Assembly (NCBI GenBank): GCA_048884785.1
Contig: JBHLQM010000019.1
Span: forward strand, 1 to 13,671
Direction: 5' to 3'
DNA: 13,671 nt
Source of the DNA: Candidatus Thorarchaeota archaeon
Lineage (GTDB): Archaea; Asgardarchaeota; Thorarchaeia; Thorarchaeales; Thorarchaeaceae
Below are positions 1 through 6,866 of this stretch, in pieces. How positions within the stretch are numbered: the stretch's first letter is position 1; every line of letters begins with the position of its first letter. A model generated the notes under the pieces. The model was not told where the DNA came from. It searched no databases and saw only the letters and a program-made list of their open reading frames with translations. A program made the position numbers and the translations under genes.

Positions 1-29
1 TATCAGAGCAGTCGGAATTCGAGTGCTTT
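1..29 (-). other. second tRNA intron in the T loop (probably 59/60), truncated by the window edge
   Basis: After GGG-TTCAAA the expected TCCCGG is replaced by AAAGCACTCGAATTCCGACTGCTCTGATA. This folds AGCA/TGCT plus TCG/CGA, and its TGA can pair with T55-C56-A57 as a relaxed BHB central helix. The exact 5' boundary within the A run is ambiguous. Confidence 0.7.
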
Positions 30-50
30 TTTGAACCCGGGTCTCAAGAG

Positions 51-81
51 ATCAGCTTGTGCATCAAGACGATGTCACAAT
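51..81 (-). other. tRNA intron at canonical position 37/38 (31 nt), relaxed BHB motif
   Basis: Removing 81..51 restores a 7-nt anticodon loop. BHB: central helix C32-U33-G34-U35 against GCUG (one U.U mismatch, one G.U pair), bulges CA^A and AU^C, inner helix UUGUG/CACAA followed by CAUC/GAUG. Confidence 0.85.
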
Positions 82-175
82 TGACAGTCTTGAATGCTAG
101 GCCGGACTACACTACAGGGGCACCTGTGAACCGACGTTCCAAAACGTCAGTAATCCGCCCCGATTCTTGGTTTTC

Positions 176-189
176 TATTAAACTTGTCG
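176..189 (-). promoter_or_regulatory. putative BRE/TATA promoter for tRNA-Asp
   Basis: Minus strand CGACAAG-TTTAATA about 55 nt upstream of the tRNA 5' end; resembles the archaeal BRE+TATA consensus. Confidence 0.45.
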
Positions 190-339
190 TTGTATTCTAT
201 GACCTCAAACGAACAAATCCTTCACTGCTCAGATACATGAATGAACATCTGGTGTATCTAGCACCATACAAAGAAGTCTCTAGAAAAGGAGAAATCTTTC
301 AGAATGGGGGCTTCGTAAGGATCAACGGTACCTTTCCAA

Positions 340-588
340 TTATTCTTCTGGAATCTGAATCCATAGAATATTGTTGCCCCGAAGAAGTATCTCACCATAC
401 TTAGCTATGGGCTCATTGACTCCAGCCTCAGTTGGAACAAGCTCTTCAGCATCCTCTAGGGTGAGATTCATGTAGACGTCACATCGCGTGAGACGCCCTC
501 GGAATATTCTCTGATCTTTCAACTTAATCGAAACAATCTCATTGAGATTCTGTTCGAGTGCTTTAATGGGCATTCTCTCCGTTGACAT
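340..588 (-). CDS. Sm-like archaeal protein (LSm/SmAP), 82 aa
   Basis: Sm1 motif VSIKLKDQRIFRGRLTRCDVYMNLTLEDAEE and Sm2 motif YGEILLRGNNILWI. ATG at 588 is preceded by SD-like GGAGAGGT (604-597), so it is preferred over the TTG at 606. Confidence 0.95.
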   Translation of the reverse strand: MSTERMPIKALEQNLNEIVSIKLKDQRIFRGRLTRCDVYMNLTLEDAEELVPTEAGVNEPIAKYGEILLRGNNILWIQIPEE

Positions 589-624
589 AAAATGTAACCT
601 CTCCAAAGTGCCCCTTAGTGTGCA

Positions 625-638
625 TTATAAAGGCTTTG
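625..638 (-). promoter_or_regulatory. putative TATA box for the Sm gene (palindromic TTATAA in the divergent Sm/kae1 spacer)
   Basis: Minus strand TTTATAA at 631-625, 37 nt upstream of the Sm start codon. Confidence 0.4.
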
Positions 639-712
639 CTACATCACTCAAGTGTCAATCATTGTACATCACAATTAAGAGTGAACAAAAAATAGCATTG
701 AGTGGTGGAATA

Positions 713-1699
713 ATGACTCTGTGCCTAGGAATTGAAGGGACCGCACACTCTTTTGGTGCGGGAGTGGTATCCAGTGAGGGGAAGGTCCTTTCAAACGTGT
801 GGGACATGCTTCAACCAGAGGAGGGTGGTATTCATCCTCGTGAGGCAAGCCAACACCATGCCAACCTTGGTCCAGATATAATTCAGAAGGCTCTGAAAGT
901 CGCTGGAGTAGACATGGGTGCTATAGACATTGTCGCCTTTTCTCAGGGCCCTGGTCTTGGACCTTGTCTACGTACAACAGCGACCATGGCTCGTACATTA
1001 TCACTGAAGTTCGATATTCCACTAATCGGAGTAAACCATTGCGTAGCGCATATTGAGATTGGAAGTCTTGAATCTGGCTTTGAAGACCCTGTCACTGTAT
1101 ATGTTTCAGGAGGAAACTCGCAGGTCATAGCATTTGCCGGAGGAAGGTATCGTACATTTGGAGAAACATTGGATATTGCAATAGGGAATATGTTGGATGC
1201 ATTTGGCCGCTTTTCTGGTATGAAGTTTCCAGCAGGACCGCTTGTTGAAAAGATGGCCCGCTCAGGAGCAAAATACCACGATCTCCCCTATTCGGTAAAA
1301 GGAATGGATGTGAGTTATTCAGGAATGCTTACCTCAGCAAAGCGTTTATTCACAGAGGGAGTTGGACTACCCGATATTTGCTTTAGTATACAAGAAACAG
1401 CATTTGGTATGCTGGCTGAGATTGCTGAACGTGCAATCGCCCACACAAAGAAGAAGGAGCTTCTACTCACGGGCGGAGTAGCTCGAAACAACCGGCTCAC
1501 AGAAATATTGGAAGGCGTAGCAAAGAGGCATGATACGCTCTTTCATAGAGTTACACCATCTCTTGCAGGTGACCAAGGAGCTATGATTGCATGGACAGGC
1601 ATTCTGCAACACCAGTCTGGCGATGCTCTCAACATACAAACTTCGCAAGTTCGTCCCAAATGGAGGACCGATGAACAGGACATCAGGTGGAAAGAATGA
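713..1699 (+). CDS. kae1: tRNA N6-adenosine threonylcarbamoyltransferase Kae1 (KEOPS), 328 aa
   Basis: LGIEGTAH, GGIHPREA, GPGLGPCL, metal-binding VNHCVAHIE, VSGGNSQ, GETLDIAIGN, GGVARN and GDQGAMIAW motifs. True start is probably ATG 713 with GGTGG upstream, not 542. Confidence 0.97.
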   Translation: MTLCLGIEGTAHSFGAGVVSSEGKVLSNVWDMLQPEEGGIHPREASQHHANLGPDIIQKALKVAGVDMGAIDIVAFSQGPGLGPCLRTTATMARTLSLKFDIPLIGVNHCVAHIEIGSLESGFEDPVTVYVSGGNSQVIAFAGGRYRTFGETLDIAIGNMLDAFGRFSGMKFPAGPLVEKMARSGAKYHDLPYSVKGMDVSYSGMLTSAKRLFTEGVGLPDICFSIQETAFGMLAEIAERAIAHTKKKELLLTGGVARNNRLTEILEGVAKRHDTLFHRVTPSLAGDQGAMIAWTGILQHQSGDALNIQTSQVRPKWRTDEQDIRWKE

Positions 1700-2331
1700 A
1701 TATCGAAGGTCAGTACATCGCTATAGGTGCTGAATCAACTATCACGAAGATTGAGCTTTGGGGAAGGCAATTTGCACTGAAGCGCCGTCCCAGTAAATCG
1801 TATCTTTTTCCTACAATTGATGAGTCACTAAGAAAAGGTCGCACGAGTCGAGAATGTAAGGCACTTACCATAGCGAGATCCCTAGGAGTTCCAACACCTG
1901 CTGTTCATTCAATCGATTTCTCCAGCTGTACAATAATGATGGACTTTATTGAGGGGAAACAGCTGAAGGAAATTGCAAATAATGCCAAGAACAGTGACCT
2001 TCATAAGATGTGTGTCCAATTTGGTCGTTCTATCGCACACCTCCATAATGGTGGCTTGGTTCATGGCGATCCAACTACAAGCAATCTCTTGGTAGCATCA
2101 AATGGTAGAATTTGGATGATAGACTTCGGATTAGCTGAGATGAATGCCACTCTGGAAATGAAAGGAGTGGACCTCCATCTAATCAGAAGAGCTCTTGAAA
2201 CAACACATTGGGACTTGCAGGATCAAATGCTCGAAAGCACACTCGAAGGATACGTTGAGGTCATTGGTAAAGAAGCAGACGACATCCTTGCCCGAATGGA
2301 AGAGATTCGAGAGAGGGGTCGATACCACTAG
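1696..2331 (+). CDS. bud32: KEOPS atypical kinase/ATPase Bud32, 211 aa
   Basis: GAES P-loop, KxR, catalytic HGDPTTSN, IDFGL, E.KGVDL and C-terminal RGRY. ATGA overlap with the kae1 stop; SD-like AGGTGG at 1685-1690. Confidence 0.96.
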   Translation: MNIEGQYIAIGAESTITKIELWGRQFALKRRPSKSYLFPTIDESLRKGRTSRECKALTIARSLGVPTPAVHSIDFSSCTIMMDFIEGKQLKEIANNAKNSDLHKMCVQFGRSIAHLHNGGLVHGDPTTSNLLVASNGRIWMIDFGLAEMNATLEMKGVDLHLIRRALETTHWDLQDQMLESTLEGYVEVIGKEADDILARMEEIRERGRYH

Positions 2332-2350
2332 GATTTCATATGGACCCAAG

Positions 2351-2363
2351 GAAATCCTTATAT
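2351..2363 (+). promoter_or_regulatory. putative internal BRE/TATA promoter for rps15
   Basis: GAAAT-CC-TTATAT in the bud32-rps15 spacer. Confidence 0.35.
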
Positions 2364-2430
2364 CCACACCTCGAGGCCCATCGAGAATAGACGGTTTCTT
2401 AGGAACCCAATTTATTAAGAGGCAACCTTG

Positions 2431-2889
2431 ATGGCGAGAATGCACACAAGACGCAAAGGCCAATCTGGAAGCAGACGCCCCTCCACAGTACAAGTACCTT
2501 CGTGGATGGATAAAGATGCAACCTGGGTGGAGGAGAAGGTCGTTGAGCTGGCGAAGGCAGGTAATACGCCATCGATGATCGGGTTGATTCTACGTGATCA
2601 ATATGGTATACCTCTTACGAAAGTAATAACCGGAAAGCGTGTCAGTAATATTATCCAGGAACAGGACCTTCAGAGAACAGTTCCTGAGGACCTAAGAAAC
2701 ATGATTGCCAAGGCTGTTAAGATTCGAAGACATCTTGAAGAACATGGCAAGAAGGATTTTGCATCGAAAAGAGGCCTTCAGCTTGTTGAGAGCAAGATTC
2801 ATAGACTCTCGAAATATTACCGAAAAAAGAAGGTTCTTCCCGCTGACTGGAAATACTCAGCAGACCAAGCTGCTATTCTTCTTAGATAG
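2431..2889 (+). CDS. rps15: 30S ribosomal protein uS15 (S15P/S13e), 152 aa
   Basis: MARMHTRRKGQSGSRRP, PSMIGLILRDQYGIP, PEDL, KRGLQLVESKIHRLSKYY, LPADWKY. Confidence 0.98.
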   Translation: MARMHTRRKGQSGSRRPSTVQVPSWMDKDATWVEEKVVELAKAGNTPSMIGLILRDQYGIPLTKVITGKRVSNIIQEQDLQRTVPEDLRNMIAKAVKIRRHLEEHGKKDFASKRGLQLVESKIHRLSKYYRKKKVLPADWKYSADQAAILLR

Positions 2890-2924
2890 TTTTATCATTC
2901 AAGACCATCTCCTTGTTCTCTGAA

Positions 2925-4247
2925 ATGAGTGAGAAGGTCCCAAATATTCCTGGTCTAAAGACATTGAGAAGCAAATTCTCTGCAATCAGGTCAACAAGAA
3001 TCAAAAAGATAGCTATCTATAGTACGCCCGCCCCTCATGCAATACTTGCAGCCGCAGTTCTTTGTCGTGCTGCACTCAGAGCTAATATTCTCTTTCATGT
3101 TAAATTCATAGAGCCTCTGGAATCAGTTGGGGTAGTTCCTAGGACGCTACCCAAGGAGTCTGATACATTACAAGTATACATAGACATTACATTCTATGGA
3201 AAGGAATTTCCAGACAATGAACGAATCGTTGCCATTGGGTCTTCATCCTACCCTGATTTTGTTTCAATTGAAGTAAAACGTGACTATCCTATTGCTTTAG
3301 AGGCCTATACTCTTGCAAAAGAGGTATTGAAGATAAGCAACGAGGAGCTATCTCTTGCAGCAGCAGGTTCAATTCTTGAGGGATTGACAAACAAACCATC
3401 AAATGAGATACTATCAGTTTCTACCAAGAGCAATCTCATTTCCTCTCGAAAAGGGTTCAAGATACCCGGTACTAACTTTCTTCCGCTTGATGAAGTGTTT
3501 CTCAACAGTATTCATCCATTCATCAGCAATTTGAGTGGTAATCCAGCCTCTTGTCAAAAGCTCATCAATGATGCAGACATACCGATTGATAAATGGAGTC
3601 GACCACTGAGTAAATTATCCAACAAGGAGGCACGAAGCCTCTCATCCGCGCTCATACCTCTGCTCTCATCAAACTCAGTACCCGATGTCTTTGGGTCTGA
3701 CTATGAAACACTTACAGAATCGCCCGAAAGCCCAATGCGATACATATCCAGTTTATCAGCCCTTGGTCAAACAATGTGGAGTCTTAAAACTCCGAGCATA
3801 TTTCTAGGAGTTTCAATTGGTGATAGAGCAAGATTGCTAGCCGATCTTATTGAGAGATACAAAAACCACTGTAAAGCAACAATAAATGGCACACAGAAAC
3901 TAAGTTCAATTCTAAATGAGGATGATACAAAGATCTCGAAAGAGAATCACATTTTCACTACATCTGCAATCGCTGAAATTCCTGAGGCCATAGCTCCTGA
4001 TTGTAGTCGAATCATAATGGAATCCGACTTAGGAACGGATACAACATTTCTCCTTCTTAGAACCGCGGAATCAATTTTCATCACATGGAAGAAGCAATTG
4101 CCTTCAGTAAAGGTGATGGCAGCACTTTTGTCAAAAAAGATAGCGCTGGTTTCAGCCTCATCCAATTCAATACGGGTAATGGAAAATTCCGAAAAAGGAG
4201 TGGCAAAAGTTATCGGCGCACTCACGAGCGACATACTGCGGAGCTAA
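2925..4247 (+). CDS. divergent DHH/RecJ-family protein, probable GAN/Cdc45 ortholog with degenerate catalytic motifs, about 440 aa
   Basis: Lies between rps15 and pcc1, the conserved position of archaeal GAN/Cdc45. The N-terminal pattern IAIYS...AILAAAVL..AA.R..ILFHVKF matches the RecJ-like N-terminus, and PLDEVFLNSIHPFISNLSGN...LINDADI resembles the GAN insertion. DxD and DHH are not present. Assigned by eye, without a profile search. Confidence 0.75.
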   Translation: MSEKVPNIPGLKTLRSKFSAIRSTRIKKIAIYSTPAPHAILAAAVLCRAALRANILFHVKFIEPLESVGVVPRTLPKESDTLQVYIDITFYGKEFPDNERIVAIGSSSYPDFVSIEVKRDYPIALEAYTLAKEVLKISNEELSLAAAGSILEGLTNKPSNEILSVSTKSNLISSRKGFKIPGTNFLPLDEVFLNSIHPFISNLSGNPASCQKLINDADIPIDKWSRPLSKLSNKEARSLSSALIPLLSSNSVPDVFGSDYETLTESPESPMRYISSLSALGQTMWSLKTPSIFLGVSIGDRARLLADLIERYKNHCKATINGTQKLSSILNEDDTKISKENHIFTTSAIAEIPEAIAPDCSRIIMESDLGTDTTFLLLRTAESIFITWKKQLPSVKVMAALLSKKIALVSASSNSIRVMENSEKGVAKVIGALTSDILRS

Positions 4248-4252
4248 TTATC

Positions 4253-4495
4253 ATGATTGCTAGAATTGAGATTGGATTTGATTCTGAAGATAAAGCCAAG
4301 CAGATAATGCATGCAATAAATCCCGATAACTCGCCCCTTCCAACTGGCCTTTCAATCACAACGAAAGTCGAGAACAAGAATCTTATGATTCAAATTGAAT
4401 GCAGTCGTGGTATTGACAGTTTACGAGCCACCGTTGAGGATATTATGAGCGCAGTTGACCTATCTATTCGCACGTACGACTTGGTTTCGACTTAG
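4253..4495 (+). CDS. pcc1: KEOPS subunit Pcc1, 80 aa
   Basis: IEIGFDSEDKAKQIMHAINPDN...LMIQIEC...SLRATVEDIM is the Pcc1 pattern. ATG 4253 lies 5 nt after the upstream stop, and the gene position is conserved. Confidence 0.9.
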   Translation: MIARIEIGFDSEDKAKQIMHAINPDNSPLPTGLSITTKVENKNLMIQIECSRGIDSLRATVEDIMSAVDLSIRTYDLVST

Positions 4496-5943
4496 TCTTT
4501 CATTGTTTCCTTTAATCGTGCAAATTCTCTCTTTGCTTTTGACCTAGCCACATCTGCCATTTCTTCGGTGATGAAACCTCTCTGTACCGCTCGTTTCAAA
4601 AGATGCTGGTCAATAATTCTAATCTCACCACTTCTTGGCGCTACGACATCAATCTCAAGGTCGACATACCTGATAGATCCAGGAACAGATCCATTTCCAG
4701 GATACAGTTCTATTCCTGTATTCACATTTACATAGGTACCCTTGAGTTTATCCTCTCTGGAATAATAATCAGTGACTAGAACCATCGAGCCTGGGTTAAC
4801 GTGCGTAATTGCGTAATCCCCATCATCACGTGGGACTTCTGCGTCTTCAATATACTCTGGAGTCATCTTCAGTTTTCTAGTCGTATATCGAAATTGTCGT
4901 CTTATCGATATTCCATTCTGATTTGTTTCAATTACTCTCCCTTTCGTGAGATGTATTGCACGGCCATCGAGCTTGATATGCAGGATAGTAATGGGATCAT
5001 CAACTTTCGGGATATCTCGATTTACAACTTTCTCAAGTTTTTGCCTTACATAATCATGCTCTTCTGGTCGATCTTCAATTACCATCTCGGCAAAGTCCAC
5101 AAGCGCTGCATAGCCGGCGCTCTTGTAGAAATGGTGATTCGTGATTGTGGGTCTAATCTTTGCCCGAGTCTTGTCAAGAGCATCCTTTACCTCCGCCGGA
5201 AACTCAATATCAGCATTGCTTGTCCCCTCAAAAAGGAGACCTGTCGTATCCAAGGTATTGTATTTATCACGTATCTGTTGTGCGGTTTCAAGTAGTTCGT
5301 CAATCTCGGAATACAATTCCTCATCGGTCAGTCCTACCGCGGCTGTTCTCCAAAGAATCCCCCAGTCTTCTGTATGCTCACGAAGTTTTCTCCCAAGAGC
5401 CGTTAATTCATTTCTGGCTTCCGGATCTTTAATCTTAGTACTCAATCTCACTACTTGATCCGGTAGTAAAACTGCTGCTCTACCAGGAATCGTTATGCTG
5501 GATGAGAGAACAGGTGCCTTTCGTCCATAGTCATGAGCTCGTATCTGAACCAAGAGCGTTTTTCCTTTCTCAAATGATTTCTCCGGAAGCAAGCCAGATA
5601 TTGGGCCTAAATCTACTCTTACCTGCCCTGTTTTCTCGTCTTTTCCCAATACTACTCCCTTGTAAATTGAACTCTTTGCGACTCGAGGGGTTCGGGTAAT
5701 TACCCATCCAAGTCTCCTCCGAAGTACATCTGTTAGCTTCTTTAGTATTGATTCATAGGCTATGGCAACAATGCCCTGCAAGTCACTTCTATCCCAAATG
5801 TCAACATCCGGTATGTCAGCGCGGTATGGTAAGCCAAACCTTCTTGCCACTTCAGGGATTGGCTGAACCATTTCAAAATGATTCTGCAACAATATTTGCG
5901 TTAGTGATTGAGAGTAGATTCCTCGTATCCGCGCTTTTATCAT
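4492..5943 (-). CDS. fau-1: AU-rich RNA-binding protein / ribonuclease FAU-1 (RNase E/G-like N-terminus plus DUF402), 483 aa
   Basis: N-terminal RIRGIYS.SLT.IL, WGILWRTAA, PTI.NHH.YK, HIKLDG...L..G, and C-terminal GTYVNVNT.IE...RYVDLEIDVV. Confidence 0.92.
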   Translation of the reverse strand: MIKARIRGIYSQSLTQILLQNHFEMVQPIPEVARRFGLPYRADIPDVDIWDRSDLQGIVAIAYESILKKLTDVLRRRLGWVITRTPRVAKSSIYKGVVLGKDEKTGQVRVDLGPISGLLPEKSFEKGKTLLVQIRAHDYGRKAPVLSSSITIPGRAAVLLPDQVVRLSTKIKDPEARNELTALGRKLREHTEDWGILWRTAAVGLTDEELYSEIDELLETAQQIRDKYNTLDTTGLLFEGTSNADIEFPAEVKDALDKTRAKIRPTITNHHFYKSAGYAALVDFAEMVIEDRPEEHDYVRQKLEKVVNRDIPKVDDPITILHIKLDGRAIHLTKGRVIETNQNGISIRRQFRYTTRKLKMTPEYIEDAEVPRDDGDYAITHVNPGSMVLVTDYYSREDKLKGTYVNVNTGIELYPGNGSVPGSIRYVDLEIDVVAPRSGEIRIIDQHLLKRAVQRGFITEEMADVARSKAKREFARLKETMKD

Positions 5944-6027
5944 TTACAAACACGTCTTGCTAGTGACTCATATTGCCGTTCACTCAAATGGTAACTGACA
6001 GTTTCCTATTAGGCGGTTCGCAACGAG

Positions 6028-6291
6028 CTAGTCTCGGATGGGTTCCAAAAGGCTTGAAACATGCCAAATCTTTGTTCGAGCATGGTTCGGGCAATTCGGA
6101 TCTTGACTGGGCTCATCGAGGATTGCAATTGCATTCTGAGCTCTCACTGCAGGAGAATCTGCATCATTCTCGAGAACAGCAATTGCCTCGTTAGCTGCAC
6201 GTCTGATATTTCGTGGCACTGAAGAATCTTCACTAATATTTTTGAGCAAATGTTTGCTCTGGTCTATGCTTCTCTGGGTCTCAGGGTCCAT
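6028..6291 (-). CDS. UPF0147 family protein, 87 aa
   Basis: D.SVPRNIRRAA and A..AI.ILDE...DPN.P.HART.IW signature; strong SD GAGGTGA (6304-6298). Confidence 0.92.
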   Translation of the reverse strand: MDPETQRSIDQSKHLLKNISEDSSVPRNIRRAANEAIAVLENDADSPAVRAQNAIAILDEPSQDPNCPNHARTKIWHVSSLLEPIRD

Positions 6292-6461
6292 TAGGACTCA
6301 CCTCTGAAATTGTCTCGACGCACAAAAGGGTGCGAACAACAAGATGATGATGCCTCTAATTCTCATATCATTCTTTCGGCCCAACCATATTGCGCTCCAA
6401 AAGATATACTAAAGCGCATCTCTCTTATAGTCATATAATCCTCTTACAACTAGGGTCAAGC

Positions 6462-6815
6462 ATGAATAACAAAAAGGATTCCGCAATTAAGAAGATGGCC
6501 CAACTTCTTCAGCAAGGGGCAACTATGCTGGCTGACGCATGCCCTCAGTGCGGTTCACCGCTCCTCAAGGTAGAAGAAGATATCTATTGTGCAACATGCG
6601 ATAGACGCATTGTTTATGCAACATCCAGCGAAGAAGTTGAATCTCATACAGTAAAGGAGCTCCTTCCAGAATTGAAGGAAACACTGCTCCTAAAACTCAA
6701 GACTCTGAACGATTTAATAGAGAAGGAAAACAATACGGAGAACCTAACCAAACTGGCGAATCTTATGGTATTACTCCTACAAGCACTTGATCGCCTGAAG
6801 ACAATGAACTCCTAG
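6462..6815 (+). CDS. UPF0148 / SSSCA1 (autoantigen p27)-like Zn-ribbon protein, 117 aa
   Basis: KKMAQLLQQGATML...CPQCGSPL...YCATC followed by a helical C-terminus. Start is probably ATG 6462. Confidence 0.9.
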   Translation: MNNKKDSAIKKMAQLLQQGATMLADACPQCGSPLLKVEEDIYCATCDRRIVYATSSEEVESHTVKELLPELKETLLLKLKTLNDLIEKENNTENLTKLANLMVLLLQALDRLKTMNS

Positions 6816-6866
6816 CTCTCACTCTACTATTCAGAACTGCAAATACAGATTAGAAGACATGAATGT

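Larger units (their letters stand above)
1..121 (-). tRNA. tRNA-Asp(GTC) with two introns; 3' end lies beyond the left window edge
   Basis: Minus strand from 121 reads GCCCCTG TA GTGT AGTCCGGCCTA GCAT T CAAGA CT-GTC-A [31-nt intron] C TCTTG AGAC CCGGG TTCAAA [second insertion]. Anticodon stem CAAGA/TCTTG is perfect, the spliced loop CUGUCAC is typical of archaeal tRNA-Asp, the anticodon is at 85-83, and GGGTTCAA marks the T arm. The 3' strands of the T and acceptor stems are not in the window. Confidence 0.92.

Noticed and set aside
231-259. AGATACA...TGTATCT stem enclosing ATGAATGA...CTGG (K-loop or C/D-like)
   Set aside because: Boxes deviate from consensus (no CTGA) and the stem is only 7 AT-rich bp; could be chance or a weak Sm terminator.
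260-339. Possible rpl37e after the Sm gene (a minus frame reads KGT)
   Set aside because: The frame has no start codon, no CxxC zinc finger and no basic composition, and it stops early.
57-404. 115-aa plus-strand ORF
   Set aside because: Antisense to both the tRNA-Asp and the Sm gene, TTG start, no recognisable motif.
542-712. N-terminal extension of Kae1 in the ORF track
   Set aside because: Overlaps the divergent Sm gene and promoter; homology starts at MTLCLGIEG (713).
4085-4252. N-terminal extension of Pcc1
   Set aside because: Overlaps the upstream CDS; the Pcc1 pattern begins at ATG 4253.
4801-5963. Several plus-strand ORFs opposite FAU-1 (similar antisense ORFs occur opposite kae1, rpoB and rpoA)
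   Set aside because: Antisense shadows of well-supported genes with no motifs of their own.
5973-5994. TTGCCGTT-N6-AATGGTAA imperfect inverted repeat
   Set aside because: Pairs through G.U only on the non-coding strand and matches 6 of 8 at DNA level; not distinguishable from chance.
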